From positions 50,131 to 114,130 of the forward strand of contig CBFHUR010000006.1 of assembly GCA_965658895.1 (NCBI GenBank): a stretch of 64,000 nucleotides of DNA, in the 5' to 3' direction. Made by a program: the position numbers and the translations under genes. Numbering within the stretch: the stretch's first letter is position 1; each line of letters begins with the position of its first letter. The notes beneath the pieces are model-generated. The model worked only from the letters and a program-made list of their open reading frames with translations, was not told where the DNA came from and ran no database searches. Source of the stretch: Candidatus Binatia bacterium (lineage in GTDB: Bacteria > Desulfobacterota > Binatia > UBA12015). Positions 22,047-30,009 of this stretch are shown in pieces.

Positions 22047-22739
22047 GTGCAAGTCCCGGAGGCGTCTGGATCGGCTCCGGCACAATTTTCTGCTAGGTCT
22101 GCGAACATGTCGGAGGCGAATACTCGTCTGGATCAGAAGCTGCGGGAGAGGGTGGAGCACCACCTGGCCGGGCTGCAGCGCCGGGAGCTACCTGCTTCGG
22201 GCCTGCGACGGGCGGCGGTAGCCATTGTATTGGTTGCCGGAGATCAGGGCCAACCGGCGTTTCTTCTCACCCGGCGCGCCTCGGGTCTGGCAGACCATCC
22301 CGGTCAATTTGCCCTGCCCGGTGGTCGGATCGAACCCGGAGAGACCGCCTCGCAGGCCGCGTTGCGCGAGACCGCCGAGGAGGTGGGGCTTGTCGTGGCT
22401 GCCGATGATATTCTCGGCCAGCTGGATGACTACCAGACCCGTTCCGGATTCGTGCTGACGCCGTATGTCGCCTGGGGAGGCAAGGCCCCGGGAGTTCATG
22501 CCAATCCCGAGGAGGTCGCCGTTGTGTACCGGGTGCCGCTGACCGATCTGGATGCCGATGCCATTCCTGTGTTGCGGAAGATTCCCGAGAGCGATCGTCC
22601 CGTGATCTCGCTGCCGCTCTGCGATACCCAGGTCCATGCCCCGACCGCCGCGGTTCTCTATCAATTTCGGGAGGTTGCCTTGCGGGGCTTGGCGACCCGT
22701 GTCGATGGCTTCGAGGAACCGGTTTGGGCATGGAAGTAG
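22047..22739 (+). CDS. Nudix hydrolase (CoA pyrophosphatase-like)
   Basis: Nudix box 'LPGGRIEPGETASQAALRETAEEVGL'. The start is uncertain, with an alternative at 22107. Confidence 0.7.
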   Translation: MQVPEASGSAPAQFSARSANMSEANTRLDQKLRERVEHHLAGLQRRELPASGLRRAAVAIVLVAGDQGQPAFLLTRRASGLADHPGQFALPGGRIEPGETASQAALRETAEEVGLVVAADDILGQLDDYQTRSGFVLTPYVAWGGKAPGVHANPEEVAVVYRVPLTDLDADAIPVLRKIPESDRPVISLPLCDTQVHAPTAAVLYQFREVALRGLATRVDGFEEPVWAWK

Positions 22740-22746
22740 TGATGGG

Positions 22747-23997
22747 ATGGGTCTGCAGATGGTTTTGAAACGCTTTGGGAGTTTCGTCTACCGCTGGGCT
22801 TGGCGATTTTATGAAGACGGCTGCCTGCTGCATGCGTCGGCTTTGGCGTATACAACGATGCTCTCGATCGTGCCCGTGCTGGCCCTGATGTTCGCGGCTC
22901 TCAAGGGGCTGGGTGTGGAGTCCGAACTCGAAGAGCTTCTCCTGGAGCGCTTGTCGCTCAGTCAGGAGGTCGTCACGCAGATCACGGCCTTCGTGGCGCG
23001 TGCCAATGTCGGGACTCTGGGGACGATGGGTGCGGTGGCGCTTTTTGGTTCGGCGCTCTCGGTTCTGGGGAGCGTCGAATCGAGTTTTAACCATATCTGG
23101 CGAGTCCGTGCCGGGAGGCCTCTCCTGCGCAAGATCACCGATTACGTGGCTGTCATCATTCTCGCGCCTTTTTTGATGGTGGCCGCAACGGGAGTGACCT
23201 CGTTTGTCCTGCAGCAGGATCTCATGCATGAGGCGCTCGCGCAGCCGGTCCTCGGTGAGGCGTGGCAGCAGCTGCTGCCGCTGATTCCCTACATTTGTAA
23301 TGTGATCGCTGTCGGTGTCCTCTATCTGGTGATGCCGAATCGGCGACCGAGCCCCCGAGCGCTATTCGTCTCGGCCGTGTTCGCGGGAATCGCCTGGCAG
23401 CTTGTGCAGATCGCCTACGTGCGTCTTCAGGTAGGCGTGGCCAACTATAACGCGATCTACGGTGCCCTGGCGCAACTTCCTGTGACGCTTGTGTGGATGT
23501 ACGTGAGCTGGGCTATCGTCCTGGCGGGTGCGGAGCTCGCTGCTTTTATGGAACTCGGCGGCGCCGAGGGGCGGGGGCGTCGCGTGAGCCGTCGTCCGTT
23601 GGCCCTGGCATTTCTGGTGGAAGCGGGTCGGCGCCAACGACTGGGGGAAGGTCCCACGGATCCGGGAAGAGTGAGTCGGCAACTGGGTGTCGACCGCGTC
23701 GATGTTTGTGAGTCCGTGGAACTACTGGAGAAAAATGGACTCGTTCTGCCTGTCGAAGGGTCAAATGGGAAGTATCTGCTGGCGCGAGACCCGGCCGCCG
23801 TCTCGCTGGCCGAGGTCTTCGTGATTTTTGCTGAAGATGGAAAACCGCTGTTCCTCGATGGTGCGATCTCCGAGGAGCTGGCACGCGAAGCCGCCGAGAG
23901 CGAGGCCTCGCTTGCCTCTCATACATTGGCCGAACTGGTGGACTCTCAGATATCGGGTGTCGAGACAGCCGAGAAGACCGATAGCGCCGCCGAGTAG
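22747..23997 (+). CDS. YihY/BrkB family inner-membrane protein with C-terminal extension
   Basis: 'ASALAYTTMLSIVPVLAL...GTMGAVALF...NHIW' is typical of YihY (RNase BN-like). A C-terminal acidic/wHTH-like tail of about 130 aa follows. ATG at 22747. Confidence 0.7.
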   Translation: MGLQMVLKRFGSFVYRWAWRFYEDGCLLHASALAYTTMLSIVPVLALMFAALKGLGVESELEELLLERLSLSQEVVTQITAFVARANVGTLGTMGAVALFGSALSVLGSVESSFNHIWRVRAGRPLLRKITDYVAVIILAPFLMVAATGVTSFVLQQDLMHEALAQPVLGEAWQQLLPLIPYICNVIAVGVLYLVMPNRRPSPRALFVSAVFAGIAWQLVQIAYVRLQVGVANYNAIYGALAQLPVTLVWMYVSWAIVLAGAELAAFMELGGAEGRGRRVSRRPLALAFLVEAGRRQRLGEGPTDPGRVSRQLGVDRVDVCESVELLEKNGLVLPVEGSNGKYLLARDPAAVSLAEVFVIFAEDGKPLFLDGAISEELAREAAESEASLASHTLAELVDSQISGVETAEKTDSAAE

Positions 23998-24015
23998 GGC
24001 GCTCCGGTCTCGAAG

Positions 24016-25737
24016 TCAGAGACCGAGAATCTTGTCGTAACGCGCCAGACGGGTCGCGTCCCCGCTGAGAATCCGTTTTGCGTTGAACTCGACCTCAAGC
24101 ATCTTCCGATTGATGTAGGCTTCGGCCAATGCGCCTTTCTCTTCCGAGGCGGCTGCCTGGAAGAGCAGCTCGGCCCCGACCATGACCGAGATGATCATGT
24201 CACAGATTCGCTTGGAGTTGAGCATCGCGTAGGAGATATCTTCCAACATGGTAGGAAGTGCATTGCCGATATCCGCGATTCCCTGATTGAGCTGGGCGAC
24301 CTGCTCGGGGTGGTCGGCGCGCAGCTTCTTGAGGTCATCGACCAGGCTGGCCAGCGCGGGGTCCAGGGCACCTTTGCCCATCTCCTTGAGCGCAAAACTT
24401 GCCTGAATCTCGGAGGTGCCTTCGTAGATCGTCGTGATGATCGAATCCACGTGATAATGAGCCGCCGCGGATTCAGCCATGAATCCACTGCCTCCGTGAA
24501 TCTGGATGCCACGCCGTGATACGTCGTTGGCGACTTCGGTCGAGAGGTACTTGCACAGAGGTGTGAGAAAGCGCAGCAACTGCTGGCCGGATTCGAGTTC
24601 CTTCTGCAGCGTAACGCGGTCGGTGCCGATGTCATCGCGATCGCTGGCAAGGTAGGCTTCGGTTGCTTCCATGCGGTCCGAGAGGGTCGCGGTGCGGTAG
24701 AGCAGGGCGCGAGCCCCCTCGATCTCCATGGCCATCTGGGAGAGCATGGATTTGACGAGCGGCTGCTGGATGATGGGAATTCCGAACTGGACTCGCTCGC
24801 TCGCGTGGGAACGCGCTTGTCGGTAAGCCGCCTCGGCAATGCCCAGCCCCTGAGCCGCGACGCCCAGCCGCGCGGCATTCATGAGGTCCAGCATGGCGCG
24901 GAACCCGTTGCCGCGTTCGCCGAGCAGGAATGCTTCGGCGTGATCGAATTCGACCGCGCATGTCGGGGACCCGTGCAATCCCATTTTCTCCTCGACGCGG
25001 GAGACGCTCACCGGGTTCCGGCTTCCATCGGGCAAGGTTACGGGGCAGAGCATCAGGTTGAGGCCGTTGGTGGTTCCTTTGGACTGCGCGTAGGTTTCCG
25101 CATCTCGTGCGAGAACCAGATGCACCTCGGCTCCGCCGTTGGTGATATAAATCTTGCCGCCATCGAGAAACCAGCGTCCGTCGATTTCTTCAGCCTTGGT
25201 AGTGATGCTGCCAAGGTCCGATCCGGCCTGAGGTTCGGTCAGGTCCATGCAGCCGTCGATCTCGCCGCTGGCGAAGCGTGGAAGATAGCGTTGCTTGATC
25301 TCCTCGCTTCCATATTTCTGAATATCCGAAGCGGCACCCGCCGAGAGGCCGACGATTGTCATCAAGCTGGTGTCGGCGCGCGACAGCATCTCGAGGTAGA
25401 AGATGTTGAGCAAGTTGGGGAGCCCGTAGCCGCCGTAGTCGGGACTGAGCATCATGCAGGTCAGCCCTGCGTCGCGCAGGCGGTTGTACCCCGCCACGAT
25501 ATGGGCCGGTTTTTCGACCGAACCATCCGTCAGGACGACCTCGTCGTGCCAGGCGGGTTTTGAATCGTTTTCGATGTCCTCACAGATATCTCCAAGTGAG
25601 GAGAGAATGGTCTTGAAAGTACCCAGTTCCTCTCCGAGGTCGAAATCCTCGGCGGATTTAAGACGGAAGAAGGTCTCCCAATCCACTCGTTTTTCGAGGA
25701 AAATAGAGATGTCTTTGTGAAAGAATTCAGAACTCAT
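24016..25737 (-). CDS. acyl-CoA dehydrogenase (long form)
   Basis: 573 aa ACAD fold with 'GSDLGSITTKAE', 'YITNGG' and a C-terminal catalytic 'IYEGTSEIQ'. Confidence 0.85.
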   Translation of the reverse strand: MSSEFFHKDISIFLEKRVDWETFFRLKSAEDFDLGEELGTFKTILSSLGDICEDIENDSKPAWHDEVVLTDGSVEKPAHIVAGYNRLRDAGLTCMMLSPDYGGYGLPNLLNIFYLEMLSRADTSLMTIVGLSAGAASDIQKYGSEEIKQRYLPRFASGEIDGCMDLTEPQAGSDLGSITTKAEEIDGRWFLDGGKIYITNGGAEVHLVLARDAETYAQSKGTTNGLNLMLCPVTLPDGSRNPVSVSRVEEKMGLHGSPTCAVEFDHAEAFLLGERGNGFRAMLDLMNAARLGVAAQGLGIAEAAYRQARSHASERVQFGIPIIQQPLVKSMLSQMAMEIEGARALLYRTATLSDRMEATEAYLASDRDDIGTDRVTLQKELESGQQLLRFLTPLCKYLSTEVANDVSRRGIQIHGGSGFMAESAAAHYHVDSIITTIYEGTSEIQASFALKEMGKGALDPALASLVDDLKKLRADHPEQVAQLNQGIADIGNALPTMLEDISYAMLNSKRICDMIISVMVGAELLFQAAASEEKGALAEAYINRKMLEVEFNAKRILSGDATRLARYDKILGL

Positions 25738-25800
25738 GATCCGCGCACTCCTTGGTCTACCTCGAGACTACCACGCCCGGACAGTTGAGCCACCCACTGG

Positions 25801-27069
25801 ATGGACGCCTTGTTCGATTTTCGGCAGGCCGGTTGCCGGGTGCGGCGCTTGCCACGGAGGCCTCTGTTCCGTACCCAACGATCGGTGAAGTGGTGTTCGG
25901 CACTTTCGACCGATGACGATATCGTGAGCGCGACGCGTTCGGTCGTCGATACGGTCCACGCGGGGATGGGGCCTCAGGAGCCAAATCTGGTGCTTTTGTT
26001 CGTTTCGGATGGCCACGCCGAGCACTACGGGGAGGTCGCTGCTCTGGTGGGCGGGGAATTCCCGGCGGCGCTGATCATCGGCTGCACTGCGCGCGGCGTG
26101 ATTGGCGGAGGTCTCGAGATCGAGTCCTCGGGGGCCTTGCCGGGAGTAACCTTGAACCCCTTTCATCTCGATGCTGAGGAATTGCCCGAGGCGGAACGGG
26201 CGTCGGCATTCTGGTCGCAGCGTTTTGGCGGGCTGGTGGGCGAGGATCCATGTTTCCTCGTGTTGGCGGATCCGTTCTCGATGGACGTGGAATCGATGGT
26301 GCGTGGCCTCGAAGCCGCCTTTCCCGGTGCGCCCGCGATCGGAGGTCTGGCAAGCGGGGGCGGGGCTCCTGGTGAGAATGCCTTGTATATTGGCAGCGAT
26401 GTGCACCGCAGTGGTGCTGTAGGCATCGCGCTCTCGGGCAATATCCTGCTCGAGACCGTCGTTGCGCAAGGATGCCGCCCGGTTGGTCTCCCGATGTTCG
26501 TGACGCGCGCGCGAGAAAATATTCTGTTCGAGCTTGATGGAAGGCCCGCGCTGCAGGTCGCCAATGAAGTCATCGAGAGCCTTTGCGAGAGTGATCAGAT
26601 GGCCGCGCATCAGGCGCTCCTGCTGGGTTTGGGTATGGGGGACGGTCAAGGGCCGTTCGGTCAGGGGGATTTCCTCATGCGGAACCTCGTTGGCAAGGAC
26701 GAGCCGTCGGGGTCCCTTCTGGTCGGAGCGATGCTCGATGAAAAGCAGGTCGTGCAATTCCAGCTTCGAGATGCGACCGCGGCGCGCGAGGAGCTTCAGG
26801 CTTCGCTGTCGCAGGTCGGCGGCGGTTTTGCGGGCGCAGTCCTTCTGTCTTGCCTCGGCCGCGGTGAGGGTCTCTACGGCTGCGCAAACCATGATTCGGA
26901 TCAGGTGCGCGCTCGCTGCGGAGAGATCCCGGTGGCGGGTTTCTTTGCGGAAGGGGAGGTCGGTCCGGTGGGTGGAGAAACCTTCGTCCACGGCTACACG
27001 AGTGTGATCGGATTGTTTCGGAGCCGAGACTCCGAAACGGCCTCAGTTGAGGTAACCGAGGGCTCTTAG
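25801..27069 (+). CDS. FIST (N+C) domain sensory protein
   Basis: 'SALSTDDDIVSATRSVVDTV...NLVLLFVSDGH' matches the FIST-N start and 'AGFFAEGEVGP' matches FIST-C. The start may be GTG at 25885. Confidence 0.65.
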   Translation: MDALFDFRQAGCRVRRLPRRPLFRTQRSVKWCSALSTDDDIVSATRSVVDTVHAGMGPQEPNLVLLFVSDGHAEHYGEVAALVGGEFPAALIIGCTARGVIGGGLEIESSGALPGVTLNPFHLDAEELPEAERASAFWSQRFGGLVGEDPCFLVLADPFSMDVESMVRGLEAAFPGAPAIGGLASGGGAPGENALYIGSDVHRSGAVGIALSGNILLETVVAQGCRPVGLPMFVTRARENILFELDGRPALQVANEVIESLCESDQMAAHQALLLGLGMGDGQGPFGQGDFLMRNLVGKDEPSGSLLVGAMLDEKQVVQFQLRDATAAREELQASLSQVGGGFAGAVLLSCLGRGEGLYGCANHDSDQVRARCGEIPVAGFFAEGEVGPVGGETFVHGYTSVIGLFRSRDSETASVEVTEGS

Positions 27070-29100
27070 GGACTCCTCCATCCGTTGCGGGATGGCTTGA
27101 TCGTCCATCGAGTTGCCACGGTCCTTGCCGGTGAGGTCTTCTCGAATCTTGGCGCTTTCCCTCCGGTGGGCCTCGATGATTGCCTGGCGGTCGGGTGGCA
27201 GCGTGGGCTGCTTGATCGTGTGCCATTCGAACGGGTCGGTCTCGAGCGGGTAGTTGCGGGTCTCCTCGTCGGAGTAGATCGATTTCCAGCTCTGGTTCCG
27301 CGCGCCAAGAGCTCCTTTTTGATGCCACGAGAAATAGATCTCACGGTTGGGTGCGATCGCCGTGCCGAACATCGCGTCGCGGAGGCTCCGGCCCTGGCCT
27401 TGCGGGAGTCCGGGAAGTTGCAGAAGCTCCAGCAAGGTTGGAGCAACGTCGGTCAAGCTGGCACTGCCGGCAACCTCGACTCCCTCCGGAATGCCCGGCC
27501 CGCGCAGGATCAGCGGAATCCGGAGTTGTTCGTCGTGGAAGGCGAACCCGTGCCCGGGCAAGCTATGTTCGCCAAAGGATTCGCCGTGATCGGAGAGCAA
27601 GATGACCAATGTGTTCTTGCTGAGTCCCGTCTTGTCCAGTGTGTCGAGAATCTGCTCGACCAGAGAATCCGCCTCGCGGATCGTCCGATCATAGCGATCG
27701 ACATGCTTCTGTTGGGGGTCGGGGACGTAGGGGAGCGGACCGCCGTTTTTCCAGTGGTTGTCGTTGCGGAACATTGCATCGAACTCGGGGCTGGAATCAT
27801 AGGGGTCATGGGTTTGGTAGGTATGAAGAAACAAAAAGAATTGCTGATCGACGTTTTTTTTCAGGTACTCTTCCGCCCGGGCGAAACTCACGGGTCCCAG
27901 CTTTTCGCTGACGACGGATTGCTCGGTAAACGCGTCAAAGCCGCGCCAGAAACCGAAGAGACCCGAGACCAGCGCATTTTCGGTGATGGCATCGGTTTGA
28001 TAGCCGGCGGCCTGGAGGCTCTCGGCCAGCGTGGTTACCGGGGAACCGGGTCGCAGGCGTCCGCGGACTGGCTGGGCATCGGGGTAGAGTCCGGTGAAGA
28101 GCGAGAGGTGGGAGACGTCAGTTTGCGGGAAGGTGCTGAAGACGTCGAGGAACGTTGTGCCCTCATCCATCAGGCGGTCATCAATCGCCGGTGTGGTCTG
28201 GCGTGGGTAGCCGTACCCCGACATATGATCGGCGCGCAAGGTGTCAAGGCAGATCAGCAGTACGTTGGGTTGCCGCACCTGCTGGAGCGAGCGGGTCCTG
28301 ACTTCGGGCCATGCCCAAAGACCGCGCGTTGAGGGCTGGCCGTCCGGATCGGTGACGCGCAGAGAAAGCTCGCATTGCTCGCCGCCTTGCGGGACGGCGA
28401 CCCGAGCGGATCGCCAGCCGGTGCCTGGCTCGGTATCGACGCGTCCCTCACCGAGAAGTGCGGTGCCTGGCCGTCCATCGCAGGCGAGATCGGCCTGGTA
28501 GCGCAGGGGCGGATCGGGCACGGCCCCCGCCGTGGGCGTAGAGCCAAAGTGGAATTGCAGTTCGGATTGCGCGGGGATCGCAAATCCATAGCTCCGGAGT
28601 TCGCTGGGGGCCGGTGTGGTCAGGAAGAGGCGCGCATTCATGAGCCCTTCCGCGCCGCGACCGCGTTCGTCTCGGATGATCACTCGGTAGCCATCCTGGT
28701 CTGGCTCGATACTCCAACCCTTTTCGATACGACGCCAGAAAACTTTATCCTGCAGCCCCTTGGCGATGTTATTGTCGCTGCTGGCCAGACCGGCAGCGAA
28801 GGTCTGGATGCTGAGATTGGCGCGCCGGATGTCGTCGGGTGCGATCTGGATGGAAAATTGCGCGACGCCGTCCTCGAGGGGGATGCCGATCTGTTCGGTA
28901 TGGAGTTCTTCGCCGACCAGGCCGAGCACCGGGCGGGCGGTGGCTCCGATGATGGATCGGGCAATTGGTTGGTCCGGGTCCATCCCGAACTGTTCGGGTC
29001 CGAGTCGCTGTTCGACTTGCCACCCCGGCGGGGGCTGGCTGCAACTGGCGATCAGAGACGCCAGCGTCAGGAGTCCAATGGTGCGAATCACGGTGGCCAT
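27043..29100 (-). CDS. sulfatase-superfamily (alkaline-phosphatase-like) lipoprotein, Thr-type; N-terminal ~300-aa domain of unknown function
   Basis: The lipobox 'LASLIASC' follows the Met at 29100 (CAT 29098-29100). Sulfatase-family motifs 'LLICLDTLRADHMSGYG' and 'LLSDHGESFGEH' are present. Thr, not Cys/Ser-x-P-x-R, sits at the formylglycine position ('TDVSHLSLFTG'). The protein ends in 'LRALGYLN'. Confidence 0.75.
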   Translation of the reverse strand: MATVIRTIGLLTLASLIASCSQPPPGWQVEQRLGPEQFGMDPDQPIARSIIGATARPVLGLVGEELHTEQIGIPLEDGVAQFSIQIAPDDIRRANLSIQTFAAGLASSDNNIAKGLQDKVFWRRIEKGWSIEPDQDGYRVIIRDERGRGAEGLMNARLFLTTPAPSELRSYGFAIPAQSELQFHFGSTPTAGAVPDPPLRYQADLACDGRPGTALLGEGRVDTEPGTGWRSARVAVPQGGEQCELSLRVTDPDGQPSTRGLWAWPEVRTRSLQQVRQPNVLLICLDTLRADHMSGYGYPRQTTPAIDDRLMDEGTTFLDVFSTFPQTDVSHLSLFTGLYPDAQPVRGRLRPGSPVTTLAESLQAAGYQTDAITENALVSGLFGFWRGFDAFTEQSVVSEKLGPVSFARAEEYLKKNVDQQFFLFLHTYQTHDPYDSSPEFDAMFRNDNHWKNGGPLPYVPDPQQKHVDRYDRTIREADSLVEQILDTLDKTGLSKNTLVILLSDHGESFGEHSLPGHGFAFHDEQLRIPLILRGPGIPEGVEVAGSASLTDVAPTLLELLQLPGLPQGQGRSLRDAMFGTAIAPNREIYFSWHQKGALGARNQSWKSIYSDEETRNYPLETDPFEWHTIKQPTLPPDRQAIIEAHRRESAKIREDLTGKDRGNSMDDQAIPQRMEESLRALGYLN

Positions 29101-29110
29101 GTTCGGGGTC

Positions 29111-29920
29111 TCACGGTCGCAGGTAGAGGGTAGCTGCCGAAACACGTGTCTCCTCGCGGTTGCTTTCGAGTCTGAATTGCAGCTCGGATTCGTCGGCTTT
29201 TTGCTCGATGGCGCGGAAGGAAAGTTGTTCACCAGGACCGCTGAAGGCACGAATCTTTACGCCACGGAGCTCTCGGATCTCGGGCAGCGAGCCGTCGGGT
29301 CGAGCATAGGCCTTTCGAGTCGCATCGATCTGAGTCTGCAGCAGCAAGGTGGCTGGAAAGACCGGTTGGCGGGGAAAGTGATCTCCATAGATGATAGACT
29401 CCTCGGGAAGACGAAAGCTGCCCGCGAGGCCCTTTCCGGATTCGCCGGGCTCAAGCAGGATGGTGGGTTGGTAGTCTGCCGGCTCGATGGCCCGGCGGGG
29501 TGCGATCCCGTCGGCGCATAGTTCCTCGAAGAGCCGTTTCACGCGGTTCTTGTCGTCGAATTCTTCCATCGGCAGCAGGGGGCCGATCGCACGTTGCAGC
29601 GAGAGACAGGGGGTCCCCTCGCTACTGGCGATTCCGTGATAGGAGATTGCTTGACGCCTGATGGCGGTGATCGTCACCTGGATCTCCAGAGGTGCTCCGG
29701 GTGCCGGTACCCGCAGGACTTCCACGAGGCCGGCAGAGGCCGCTACCGGGCGATGATCGAATTCGAGTTCCGGAATTGTTGCCCAGGAGGCGAGTTGGCC
29801 TACGGCCTCGACCAGCAGGCCGAGAGGCAGTGCCTCGGCGCCAGCTCCTGGCTGGAGGACCCCCGTGGCTTGCTCTCCTGGTCGGATCGAGAGGATTTGA
29901 TCAATCAGTTGGAAAGACAT
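29111..29920 (-). CDS. double hotdog-fold protein, FabA/FabZ-like dehydratase
   Basis: The C-terminal half 'DHFPRQPVFPATLLLQTQIDA' resembles the FabZ active-site motif (HFPxxPVxPGxL). The N-terminal half has a second degenerate hotdog repeat. It lies immediately upstream of the sulfatase-like lipoprotein on the same strand. Confidence 0.5.
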   Translation of the reverse strand: MSFQLIDQILSIRPGEQATGVLQPGAGAEALPLGLLVEAVGQLASWATIPELEFDHRPVAASAGLVEVLRVPAPGAPLEIQVTITAIRRQAISYHGIASSEGTPCLSLQRAIGPLLPMEEFDDKNRVKRLFEELCADGIAPRRAIEPADYQPTILLEPGESGKGLAGSFRLPEESIIYGDHFPRQPVFPATLLLQTQIDATRKAYARPDGSLPEIRELRGVKIRAFSGPGEQLSFRAIEQKADESELQFRLESNREETRVSAATLYLRP

Positions 29921-30009
29921 TTCTACAAGCCCGAAAATGCTTTACCATAAAGTGTGATGCTTTTCCGATCGGGACCTGGATGCGGCTCGTCGGAAACATT
30001 CATTCGCAT

